From NCBI RefSeq assembly GCF_902459465.1, contig NC_047062.1:21576001-21640000 (forward strand): DNA of 64,000 nucleotides, written 5' to 3'. A program made the translations under genes and the position numbers. The DNA is from Asterias rubens (Eukaryota). Below are positions 46,601-58,004 of the stretch, piece by piece. The number at the start of each line of letters is the position of its first letter. Within the stretch, counting starts at the first letter, position 1. The notes beneath the pieces are model-generated. The model was given only the letters and a program-made list of their open reading frames with translations, did no database searches and was not told the origin of the DNA.

Positions 46601-49600
46601 TACAACTCTTTGTCCCAAAACAAACACAAACCATCCGAAAGGTTGAAAATTTAATGAACTGACAGAGAGCTTTAGACATTTTATTCATTATGGGTTTCAA
46701 TTTCCAGCGTTGATGATTACTTGTTATTTTATTTTTTATAAAAACAACCGACAAGAACACAATATAGATGTTATCAACTTGCAAGTTGGTTTTAGGATAC
46801 AATAGGCACTGGTCCACTACCAATCAACTACAAATACCACCATTGTTGTTCGTCCCAAACTATTCTTGGGTTTGTCCCCAAATAGACGCCTGTACCCCCC
46901 CCCCCCCCTCCTAAAAGTCGTGTGGTCATTTCGGGATTCGATCAAAACCAGGAGTTGATATTTTGGGCCACTCAGAGATGACTGACCACAAGGCTATCAC
47001 ATTATTGGGATCATAAATTGTGGATAATGATACAACCACAGCTTAAAGCAATCATACACTTTAAGCCACACGGCCTTGTCTTATACCCATACTGGACCAG
47101 CCCAATGGGATATCCTGATTTTGTTGGGTGAGCAGTTGCTCCTTTATGTCTTTTATTTTGTGCAATGTGCGAAATATGGCTTTGATTTAAAGTAAGTAAA
47201 CATGTCTGGTTTACATCGACTTGAGGAATGCAAGTGCAGTTTGTTTTCTTGAATAAAAACCCCAAAGTCAGTTTGAATCATCAACGATGCTCAAATACAT
47301 GGATAAGGCACACCAAAACATAACAGTATTTTGCATTATATTTATACCCGACCACAAATTTGAAGTGCATTTCTTTCAACGTGGCACGGGAGTGCGTTTG
47401 TAAATTGCCAATTTGCCAAAGAAAAATCTGTTAGTAATGGTTGAAGCTTTGCATGGGTGAATAGTAAAGATGAATGATAAATAAAAGTAAACCTCCTGGT
47501 ATAACCATAATCTCTTTTGGGGGAGCCTTGGCTCTGAAAAGAGCCGGTGTGGTATCGACGCTTCGAACAGACTCTGCTCGTCATCAGGAGAAAGAAAGCA
47601 CAAAATAATCTGCAAGTTTGACTCCACACCGAAGAGACCTACAATCATTGAAAGTGCGCACCTGTTAGTTCGTTTTCAGTCAAGTTCACTCCAGCATTAT
47701 CAGCATACCATTAATTATAATCAAACACCATCTAGAAATTCCACACAAAACTGCTAGAACTATTGAAAACGAAAATATGAAATAATCATTTGCTATACTC
47801 GCGTGGGTGGTATTATATCATGGCTGTTCCGAATTATCACAACGCAAAACATTTTTCCACGCCACAAAAAATAATCCCTAAATTGACACTGTAATTTTAA
47901 GCCCTTGGGTGTTGGTCAAGGTTGTTCATGTCAGTCATTAAGGATCGTTCTGACTGCCGCGTCACAGAAAGGTAGAAACAGACACAGAGACAGACGGACG
48001 GAGGGGGGGGGGGACACAAGAAGGGACGCGAAAGTTATGATCACTTTCGGTTGTGTGTGTGGGGAATCATTTCTAGATTTGATTGGTTTTTAAGTCGGGT
48101 TGGGACGTCTTAAAGCACGAATCAAGTCTTCTCACCTTGAGCTCTGGAGTTTGCGAGATCATCAAACGGGGGCCTCTGGTAATGGCATCATCTTCCCCCG
48201 CCGTCCAAGCCAGCCGCGCGGGGTGAGTGACAACATTTAAACGGGCAAGGTTACAGGTATAAACTTGCTTGGAGTGCATTGCCACTCGCTCTGCAACATT
48301 TAACAGAATCGAGAATGAAAAAAAACCCTCAACAAACCAATAGATGAATTCAAGTTAAATTCTGAAAAAGAGTGGCACCACCGAGCACTTAAGTTCAGGT
48401 CAGGCAATTTCGTTTTGTGATGTAGGCCTCACACTTTGAGGCTCGTGAATTACGCCAGATATCTCACTATTTTTAGCGCACGTCCATAATCACCTTTGAC
48501 CTCCCATTCATCTCACACGGCCATTGTGGTTCTGGAGATTCACAGTTAAATGGGACGTACATACATGAAGCTAAAAGCTGTCTTTATTCTTTGCGGATAA
48601 ATAAAGGGGACCAGTCTAGGTTTGTAGCAACAGTGGGAGACATGGGACTATTCGCAGACGCTGGAGGGCTTTTTGATCTTGAGATGTCCAGAGTGCCCCT
48701 CTCCTAAGGCTAAGAAAGTCACAAATGTTAAGCTGCTAAGGAGAGGATGTGTGGATGTACTAAAAAGGGACCAAACTTAAAGAGACACACTTGGAACTCC
48801 GAACAAGCTTACTCACTTTGCACTCTCAGAAACACTCGGCACGTGTTTTTCTTCGGTGACGCACTTTAATAAGTCCGCCATTCTAGCTTCTCCAGACACC
48901 TCAACTCTTCAGTTTACCGCTAGTCCAATCATTGTTGAAAGGGTTGATGTAGCTATAAACACATCGTACGCAGCACATAAACCTGCAGCGAAATTGCTCT
49001 CAGTACCATCTGGTGATACACCATTAATTCTGGTAGAAACATTTAACCGTATAAAGAAGGGCTTTAAACAAGCCACAGACAGGCCCTGACGATTATGTCA
49101 AGTATTCAACACAAATCACACACATTTGTTATGATACTTAAAGCGGCCGTCCTGTACACTTTTGGCAACGACTAGAAACGTTTTGTGCTAACTGTTTTTT
49201 TAACTTAAGGTTGTATAATGGTGAAGATGTGCGATGGTTTAACTACTCTTCTAAGTACATTGATGACTTATCCACCTGGTGTGTGGTGTATGACAGAAAA
49301 TATGAAGACATACATATTTTAAATACGATAACCATAACTTGATATCGGTTTTCCAAAAACTCTTCAACAAAACTCAAGTTCACAAGACTATGATCTTGTC
49401 ATCAATGATAAGTTCCGAAGGAAAACAAAATATATATGCTATGATTGATTTATAAGCATTTTACAAACGGTAAACCAGACCAGACCAGACTCGTTGCATA
49501 AAGAAGTTGACATGAAGTAACGGCTGGAATAAATTCCAATTCCTTATTGGAATGAATGCAACCACGCCCCCACTAAAACTAAGAGATTGACGATGAAACC

Positions 49601-52600
49601 ATGACACGCAAACCTTCACTGTGTATCTACGATGTGTAAACTCTGTCTAGAGTTTGAAACGCAAAATGTTGTACCCACTTTTGTAAAATGTTTGAAGGAT
49701 AAAAAAAACTTAGCATTTTGACACCTGCTGAAATGGTTTGTAGCATTCGAACACACACAAAGATTTTAAACGTGTTTTAGGTTATAAACATGGGGGAAAA
49801 TGGTTACAAATCCTACGCTGTTTTGACGGTGTACGGTGCTCAAAGGAAAAAAGGAAGGCAAATTCTATTGATATCAAAATATGTTTTAAACTAGTTTAGG
49901 TTAGCGATCCTTTGTTTCTGTCATTGATTGTGAAAAGGTGTTGGGGATATAGAATAGACACGTCTTGTTGACGAATGTTTATACTCAAAGATTATTGGTG
50001 CTAATTTTCGGTACCTTATGGAGAAGAACAAAACATAAAAAGGGAAAATAAAAGGACCCCACAGGGGAATTCTAAATACTGGTGTGCCCCACAAGGAAAT
50101 GAGTGTATAAAGTTTGTAAGAAACTTTTGCGTGCAGCGACAAGGAAAGAACAACATAATGCTGCACAAGGATTCATTTTTGAGAATAAATATAACCATGT
50201 ACACAATCAGTGCAACAAAGTTATACCTAAAAACTACAATTACTTCTTATACATGGTAAGCCATAACACGTAGATTTGTTACCGTGTCCTACAGCTTTAT
50301 TGCAAACACAGCCACAGACAGATGGGAGTAACCTTCAGGTTGACCTGAACCCACTCAGGTCAAACATTCAGATCAAAAAGAGCCCGCAGCACAAGACGTT
50401 ACAACTTGAAGTGTTACAAGATCTGCTGTAGGGAAAGTGTAACTGTACTTTTTTTGCAGTCACATTTTGGGCGGTCGTTTTGCAATCTGGCCAGATTGTC
50501 AAACTTCTCTTGAAAAGCTGTTGAGAAGTTACATCTTTTCTTAAGTTTAACACCTGCTATGAAAAAGGGGTATTTCAGGAAAAGAAAACATAAACCGGTG
50601 ATTTAGTTTCCGTACTTGATGTATTTATATTTAACATTTTGAATGACTTCTTATAAAATAATGTCAAGAGATATAGCGCTTCTCTTGTAAGCTGTTGAGA
50701 AGTTATACATTGTCTAAAGGCTAACCCATGTTCTGAGGGAATAAAAAGGTATTGGGAAAAGAAAATATAATACTGTAATTCAATTCATGTTCCGATGTAT
50801 TTATATTTAACATTTTGAATGATTTGTGTATAAAATAATATCAAGTGAGTGAGCTGGAAAAGTTCCAAGGCCGGCTCATTATGTAAAGTAAATGTCATGA
50901 AATGTCAGTATAGCCGCATCCAGAAGATGTGCTAGGAATTTAAAGCAGTTCGAAGGTTCTTCAGACCAACGTTTCCATAGTTTCCAGGACATGAATTTAT
51001 TTCAGTCACGAATGCACAGCTTGAGATCCACAATTGAATTATTGTTTATTTTATTTGTAAGAGAGGGTTAATTGTACACGCCAATCCGAGACATTAGTGT
51101 TGCGCATAATGCAGGAGCTTCTTTGCACAACACACAGCTTAAAACAATGATATGAAATGTATAAAGCAATAGTTCAAAAATAAAGATTCAAGCAAATGAG
51201 TCTTTAACAGTCCCTTGAAATACACACATTCAAATATTGAAAGCCCTGATAGGCAAAGTTACATAAAACTGAAAATAACCAATTTCGAAGAGAGATGATT
51301 TTTGTGCTTAAAAGCACAAACCGTAACTAAGCACATTCACAATCAATTTTGCATACCAGAATACGGTTACCAGCCAAAATAGCTTTTCCCATGTACCATG
51401 TGCAACTGATATCCAGTTTATTTTTCCGAATCAGAAATCTTCCAAGTAATGTTGACTGTTTAAAGACACCGGACACTATTGTTATTGTCAAAGGCCAGTC
51501 GTTTCACTCGCTGTGTCTCAACATATGCATAACATAACAAACCTGTGAAAATTTGAGCTCAATTGGTCGTCGAAATTGCGAGATAAAAAAGAAAAACCAC
51601 CTTGTCACAGGAAGTTGTGTGCATTCATCAGATGCTTGATTTCGACACCTCGAATTCTAAATCTGAGGGGTCTCGTAATCAAACTCTACTTCTTTCTCGA
51701 AAACTACATCACTTCAGAGGGAGCTGTTTCTCACACTGTTTTATACTATCAACTTGTCCACATTACTCGATACCAATTAAGTTTTTAATGCTAATACTTA
51801 TTTTGAGTATTTATCAATAGTGTCCACTGGCTTTAACAACAAGCACCTGTGTAATCAACTTGACATTTATGAACCTATAAAGAGTGAAAAACCTCACAGC
51901 TGATTCTTCAGAAGTTAATCTGTGTCCTGAAAGGTTTTTGATCAAAGCATGGATGTTCCTCCTCGATCAAAGCTTATCATGATCAGTTGATTAAATCATT
52001 GCATTATAACCAATTGGATAAATACATCATAAAGCTATTGGGTTTCCTTGGAACAGCTGGATTATGTACTATCTTTCTATAGGGTTTGTATACACATAAT
52101 ATAACCAGATACATGGACCAGGATATTAAACTAATGCGTTTTCCATTCATAACATGATCTGGTGTGATTAACAGCCTCTATAAATAAGTCATTCCACACG
52201 GCACCAAAAACAAGTGCGGCAGTCATCAAAGGGGAAGAGTGATTTATTTGTTTGTTTATTTATGTATTTATTTGTATACTTATTTATTGTAAAATAAATC
52301 AACTAAACAAACTTTTTGTTTATTTGATTTAAATAAATAATTAACTAGCTATTTTTCTTCTTTTTATGTTTTTGTTTTCTATATATTTTTATTTTATTGT
52401 ACACTTTTTAAATTAGTCCAGTGAGTATTTGTTCCGCTATTAACGCTTCCATGGACAATACAGGCCAGAAACGTGCAGTCTGTTAAAGGCCTGCGCTATG
52501 CATAATGATAAATGTTCCTCAAAATATTTATAATTATCGAAAGCTGTTGAGGCTTCTAAGAAAAATATTTGTGTGCCATTCATTTTATAAGTGATTGTGA

Positions 52601-55600
52601 TTTTTATATCAAATGTATACCTTCCCTTAAACGTGAAACGAAACACCAACTTGTACATGGGCCATTTTACAGTTACTATAAAGCCTTTTAAAGTAAGAAT
52701 GTGAGTTATGAAAGTTAACACATTAGTAGAAACTATATCGTACTGAATCCAAGAAGAAAACTGTATGTTTATTTGTTTTCTTTAATTCGTGGGAATTAGA
52801 ATAACGTGAATTACTTTCGGATGGAAGTGCGGTTACACGAAGGTCAGATATTATAAAGACAGGAAAACACACTGTGTCTACTGGCATCAGGTTCCCACGA
52901 CTCTTAATATTTACCACACGTTTTAAATTTATAATTTAATGATTTGTATGCAATGCATTTATTTTGAAGATGTGCATGTACTTTTGTTTAATTTTATTTT
53001 TTAAATATTCGCTACCTTGGAGTGAGGACAAAACAGAAAAGGAAAACAAAAAATGTCCTCTTTATAGGGGAATTCTAAAGACTGGGGTGCTCCAGAAAAA
53101 CATGTGTGTATAGTCTATATAGGGGGAAAGTACAGCGATAAAGCAATGAACAAAATATGTATCAACAGGCATGTACAAATAAAATAGAATGCAAGCCTGA
53201 AATTTCATCTTTGAGAGGGCAAAGCAAATGGTCATTTTGCAAAGGGCACCATATAAGTCTATGGGAAACTTTTGAAAGGAATCACGGCCAAGACAAGGTC
53301 AACAGAGGCCAAATGTGTGTGTGTTTTTAAATGTGTTGAAGTCACAGACCAGCCTTCACAAGATCCATATGCCTCCACACATCTCTCACTTTCTTTCAAA
53401 ACATTTGAAAGCGATTGGCCTTTGTATAGTGCCTAATTGGTAATACAGAGTATACCTTGCTGTTATTTATACCCTACACTTGTTGATAAAAGTGTTGCTT
53501 TGTAAACAATAAAGCACATGAGTAATCCTTTTGCTTTCCCTTTAAATATTCAGAAGACTCATCGGACAACTACCAGCCCACTAAAGCCGGGATGTCCAAG
53601 TTCTTCCGATTCGACCTCTCCTCCTACTCCACCGAAGTCAACTCCGAGGAGGTGTTCGAGGCCGAGATGCGGCTCTACCAGCTACCCAACACCAACATGA
53701 ACATGGAGCAAAGGATTGACGTGTTTCAACTCCTCCCAAAACCAAACGATGATCCAGATAGGAAACACATTTACAGTACCATACTCAGTACAACCAGAGA
53801 AGGCTGGATCAAATTTGACGTCACAGCAGCCGTCAGGGACTGGGTGATTATACCGGGTAGGTTTTAGCGGAGCCACGCACCAATATTAGCCCCCATCCCC
53901 CGGTGAAAGTAGGGACAGTGGGGGAAAGAAAAGTTCAAGCCAATTAGTGAAAGATATACCACAACAATTTTGAGATAGATTATGCACCATTTAAGGCACT
54001 ATTGATAATAGTTACTTAAAATGATTGTTAGCATAAACACTTAGTAAGGAGCAACGGAGAGCTGTTGATAGTGCAAAACATTGTGAGAAACGGCTCCCTC
54101 TGAGGTCACGTAGTTTTTGAGAAAGCAGAAATTTCTCACTCAAATCTGTATTAAAATACTTCAGGCCTGAAGCCCTTTGTTGGGCATATGAAAACACACA
54201 ATTAATTTGTGCAACAAGGGTGTTTTACTTCATTGTTTTCTTGCAACTTCGATTACCAACTGAGTCCAAATGCTCACAGATTTATTATTTTATGCATATG
54301 TTGGGATACACCAAGTGAGTGGTCTTTGAAATAAATTCTTTTAGAATAATGTATTTTAATGGTGTTGATCTTTGCACCGAATGGCTACCAGCCAGAAAGT
54401 CAGTCTAGTCATAGAGCTATGAAAATACTCCATGGTCAAGTATGGTATGACTATCTTCAAAGACTTTCCCAGTTTCTAGATACACTCCACATGAGGTATA
54501 ATGCCAGCTTGGCATCGCTCACTAGGAATGCCCCCGGTTCGACGCGTCAAACGCCCCCTCACTGTATCGCACCGAGCTGGTAAGAAGGCAGAAGAATCCT
54601 GAAAACCAGCCGTAGTGACATTCCTCACAATCACACGATTTTAGATCACACTTAAAATTCCTCGCGTGGATTCCAAGGGAGGGCGGTAAATTAAATATTA
54701 TTGAAGGATAATTCTAGAAACAACTTTATAATGACTTGGTGGTGGCAGTTAGCTGAGTTGAGGAAGAGCGGAAGACTAGGTTTAGTTAACCATGGAACAT
54801 GAGTTAAAGGAACACGTTGCCTTGGATCGGTCGAGTTGGTCTTTGAAAAGCGTTTGTAACTGTTTTTTAATAAAATGCATATGGGTAGAAAGATTTTGTA
54901 AAAGTAGAATACAATGATCCACACAAACATGCCTCGAAAATGCACGGTTTTCTTTTTACCTCGTCGACTAACACGGTCGGCCATTTATGGGAGTCAAATT
55001 GTTGACTCCCATAAGTGGCCGTCCGTGTTAGCTCGCGCAGTAAAAGGAAAACCACGCAATTTCGAGGCAAACTTGTGTGGATCATTGTATTCTACTTTGA
55101 AAACATCTTTCCAACCGTATGCGTTTTATAAAAAGCGGTTACAAACGCTTTTTATAGACCAACTCGTCCGATCCAGGGCAACGTGTTCCTTTAACTCGAC
55201 TCTGCATTTACAACCGATCATTGGCCCATAGAGATCGGCAGTTTCAAATGCTGTTTTCATAACACCATGACTGCTTTAGCAAAACTTATATGTCCATAAC
55301 ATCATGCCTGCTCAGCAGGTCCTTGGCTGCTAACCAGAAAGCTGTTTGCATTACATCATTAACTGCATTATGACTGCTTAGCAGAAAGCTGTTTCCATTA
55401 CATCATGACTGCTTAGCAGAAAGTTGTTTCCATTACACACTTGACTACTTTTTAGCAGAAAGCTGTTTGCATTACATATTTGGTGGCTTAGCATGCAGAC
55501 AGCTGCATTGCATTACATCACGACTGCTTAGCAGAAAGCTGTTTAAAATCAATGACTGTTTTGTTTTCCACTCTCAAACAAAAATGTAAACAACCTCGGA

Positions 55601-57580
55601 GTCCTTCAAGGTTCCAAAACAGAAAGCTTCAAGATTTCCACTAAGATCAACAATACTCCCAATATTCCGTCCTCTACTTCCTGTTTGCAATCCCTCAAGA
55701 TAAAAGACATGACTCATTCCAGGCTTTCATGCCTCCATTCACAAAGCAAAATATGGTTGTCTAAGTTCTCCATCGACGAAATCCTCCCCAAGCCGCGAGG
55801 CTCAAGAGGATGACGATAAAGGATAATAGATGAGCTGACAACTGTTTGTGTATAGAGTACCAAGTCGACCTTGATGTGAGAGTTCCGAGTCATTCCGAAT
55901 GATGTAGTCATTCTTGTATAATAAATCCCTGACTATCTGACCCTTTTCTTTGACTCAGGATTTTGTCACTGTAATGCAAGCTGACTTCCGGTCACAACAA
56001 TTACAAAACACATTCCAGAAGACGATCAGAGCATACTGAACGAAACGTCGAGTTGAAACCAGCGATTCTTTTCAGAACCACCCCAACTCGTACTACAAAA
56101 TGAAATAAATAAATTTATACCATGACTTGGAAGTCATCGATAATTAAACTGGCACTGTGCCAGAATAGCTATATATATTTTTTAAGGAATATAAAATTTG
56201 CCTCGTGACACTTATGTCGTTTTTAATTATGATGGAATACAACCATTTCGTTTCTTCCCTTTCGACACAGGTTCAAACCAAGGAATTGAGGTCACAACAG
56301 CGTGTGACACAAGAATCCATGTCCTTTTTGCGGGTAAGTTTCCATCTACTTTAAATCCACTTAAAGGCACTGATGTACACTATTGATTTACTCAAAATAA
56401 TTGTTTAGCATAACTACTGACTTGGTAACGAGCAATGTAGAGCTATTGCTAGTATAAAGCATTGTGGGGAATGGCTCACTCTGAAGCGTAGGTTTTGAGA
56501 GAGAGGTAAATTCTCAATCAAATGCATCTTGAAGCACACAAAGTAACGCAACAAGGGTGTTTTTCCTTTCGTTACTCTCTTGCAACTTCGATGGCCAATT
56601 GAGACAAAATTTTCACAGGTTTGTTGTGTATGCATGTTGGGATACACCAAGTGAGAATACTGGTTTTCGACAATTAAACCAAACGTGTCCATAGTGCCTT
56701 TAAAGAAGGGATCTAGTTAACGTTGGGCGGTCGGGTGTTCAAGGGTCAAATAATTTGTCAAGTCACTCGGAATTATAATTGTATCAATCCACGCCCTAAG
56801 TTCACAGAGGTGGCGGCAAGAGAAGGGCGGGCTTATCAAGGAAGGGTTCACGATGATAATGACCGTTGGGGAGTTGGCCATTATTAAAGCAAGATATCCC
56901 ACAAGGGTGGGGCTCTGACATGGCTCTTTGATAACAACCCATATAGCCCTTGTTGTGAAGGTCATTGACCTCATGTATCTACGTCAACCCCACCATTTTG
57001 TTTTTGGTGTCAACTCGCAGTTCTAGTTACTTAACGATTTTGGTTTATCGTCCTTTGACCAGATCCAAGGGGAACTATGCCAAGTGTTGACATGCCGCCG
57101 AGAGGTGACCAGATAATGCCAGAGAAGAGCCCAAAGGAACAGCACCCACGCCTGGTCGTCTTGGCCCCCGCCAACGACACCCTCGGCCCCAATGGAGGAG
57201 GCCACAACCGGAGACGCCGAAGCACCTCCACTTACGGACAAAACACATGCGCCGATCAGACGCAGCCTAGCTGCTGCCTACGACAGTTCTATGTCAACTT
57301 TAAACACGACCTAAACTGGTCTTGGATACGACAGCCCAAGGGTTATTACCCGAACTACTGTGCCGGGTCGTGCTCGTACGTGAACGGCAGTGTGTGGAAC
57401 TCACAGACTCACCACGCTCAAGTTTTAGACACATATAGGAAGTTAAACCCGGATGCGTCCCCGTCGCCCTGCTGCTCCCCAAGAAGTTTTAAACCCCTTC
57501 ATATTTTGTTTTACGATAACGGTAGGCCACTGTTTAGAGAACTTCCCAATGCTATTGTTACATCATGTCAGTGTAGCTAG
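43630..57580 (+). CDS. TGFB: Transforming growth factor beta proprotein (TGF-beta sensu stricto), 4 coding exons, 407 aa
   Basis: Exons: 43630-43969, 53554-53856, 56271-56333, 57063-57580, all introns phase 1, total 1224 nt. It has a signal peptide, QCK...AIKAQILSKLGL, EEYFAK, FRFD and GWIKFDVTAAVRDW. The furin site RRRR is at 57209-57220. The 119-aa mature domain has 9 Cys and carries CCLRQFYVNFKHDLNWSWI, PKGYYPNYCAGSC and NPDASPSPCC. The 43570 ORF start is a GTG, so 43630 is the first in-frame ATG. Confidence 0.95.
44064..44215. mobile_element. Degenerate TAGGAC/GTCCTA-repeat interspersed element in TGFB intron 1
   Basis: Repeated ttaggac / gtcctaa motifs occur in both orientations. I recognise the pattern but have not verified it by search. 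Confidence 0.4.
44578..44713 (-). mobile_element. CAGG-terminal hAT-like MITE fragment in TGFB intron 1
   Basis: aagggca..gcaccaaggcatttt..caagggcaccaaggcaatgacc..cgttgcctccgtgaag matches the 21811 family. Confidence 0.7.
50515..50848. repeat. Two-copy tandem duplication, period about 174 bp, in TGFB intron 1
   Basis: aagctgttgagaagtta and gatgtatttatatttaacattttgaatga each occur twice. Confidence 0.85.
51460..51836 (-). mobile_element. TTAA-flanked MITE family A (Kolobok-like) in TGFB intron 1, reverse orientation
   Basis: TTAA|AGACACCGGACACTATT at the left and AATAGTGTCCACTGGCT|TTAA at the right. The body is the reverse complement of the 34620 copy. Confidence 0.88.
53991..54330 (+). mobile_element. 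Degenerate family A-related MITE in TGFB intron 2
   Basis: Shares aaaacattgtgagaaacggctccctctga, acaagggtgtttt and ttatgcatatgttgggatacaccaagtgag with family A. The termini are eroded. Confidence 0.75.
54804..55194. mobile_element. Foldback (long palindromic) TTAA MITE, 383 bp plus TSDs, in TGFB intron 2
   Basis: TTAA|AGGAACACGTTGCCTTGGATCGG at the left and CCGATCCAGGGCAACGTGTTCCT|TTAA at the right. Arms of about 190 bp pair across the centre ATGGGAGTCAA-ATTG-TTGACTCCCAT. Confidence 0.92.
55330..55547. repeat. Degenerate tandem repeat of about 35 bp, roughly 6 copies
   Basis: Recurrent GCAGAAAGCTGTTT(G/C)CATTACATCATGACTGCTTA. Confidence 0.85.
56361..56703 (+). mobile_element. Family A-related TTAA MITE in TGFB intron 3
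   Basis: TTAA|AGGCACT at the start and AGTGCCT|TTAA at the end, with internal family A blocks. Confidence 0.82.
56959..56971. promoter_or_regulatory. Perfect IR1 nuclear-receptor element AGGTCA-T-TGACCT in TGFB intron 3
   Basis: Exact match to the FXR/RXR- and EcR/USP-type consensus. Function is untested. Confidence 0.45.
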
Positions 57581-57972
57581 TACAGAAAAATACGAGGTGA
57601 ACTGTTAGAGGATGAAACTGTTGAACTGGCCGGACAGTAATGCCAGCGTTGAAGGACAACATGAGAACTCAAACTGTCTTGGGCCGGTGTCCGTCAGTTA
57701 GAATGAGTGGGTTTGTCAGAGGGGTGACAACCTCAGGGGTGGACAGGAGGACGAAATGAGGAAGGAAACAAGCCGAGTCCAGAACTCCGGGAATGAAGCA
57801 TCGTTTTTGAAAAATGATGGTACTTTTTTTTTTTTTTTTTACGTGTTTAGTTTTTGCAGACAATGGACGTTTGTCAAGTTTTTAAGCGACACTCAAAGAT
57901 TTATATCTGCGTGACTGGGAACGGCCGTAGTTTTTCAAGATCTGAAAATCAAAAGCCTTGGCTGCGTTTGCG

Positions 57973-58004
<32 letters not shown>

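Noticed and set aside
54867-55231. Two similar ORFs on opposite strands suggesting a gene pair
   Set aside because: They are mirror-image artefacts of the palindromic MITE.
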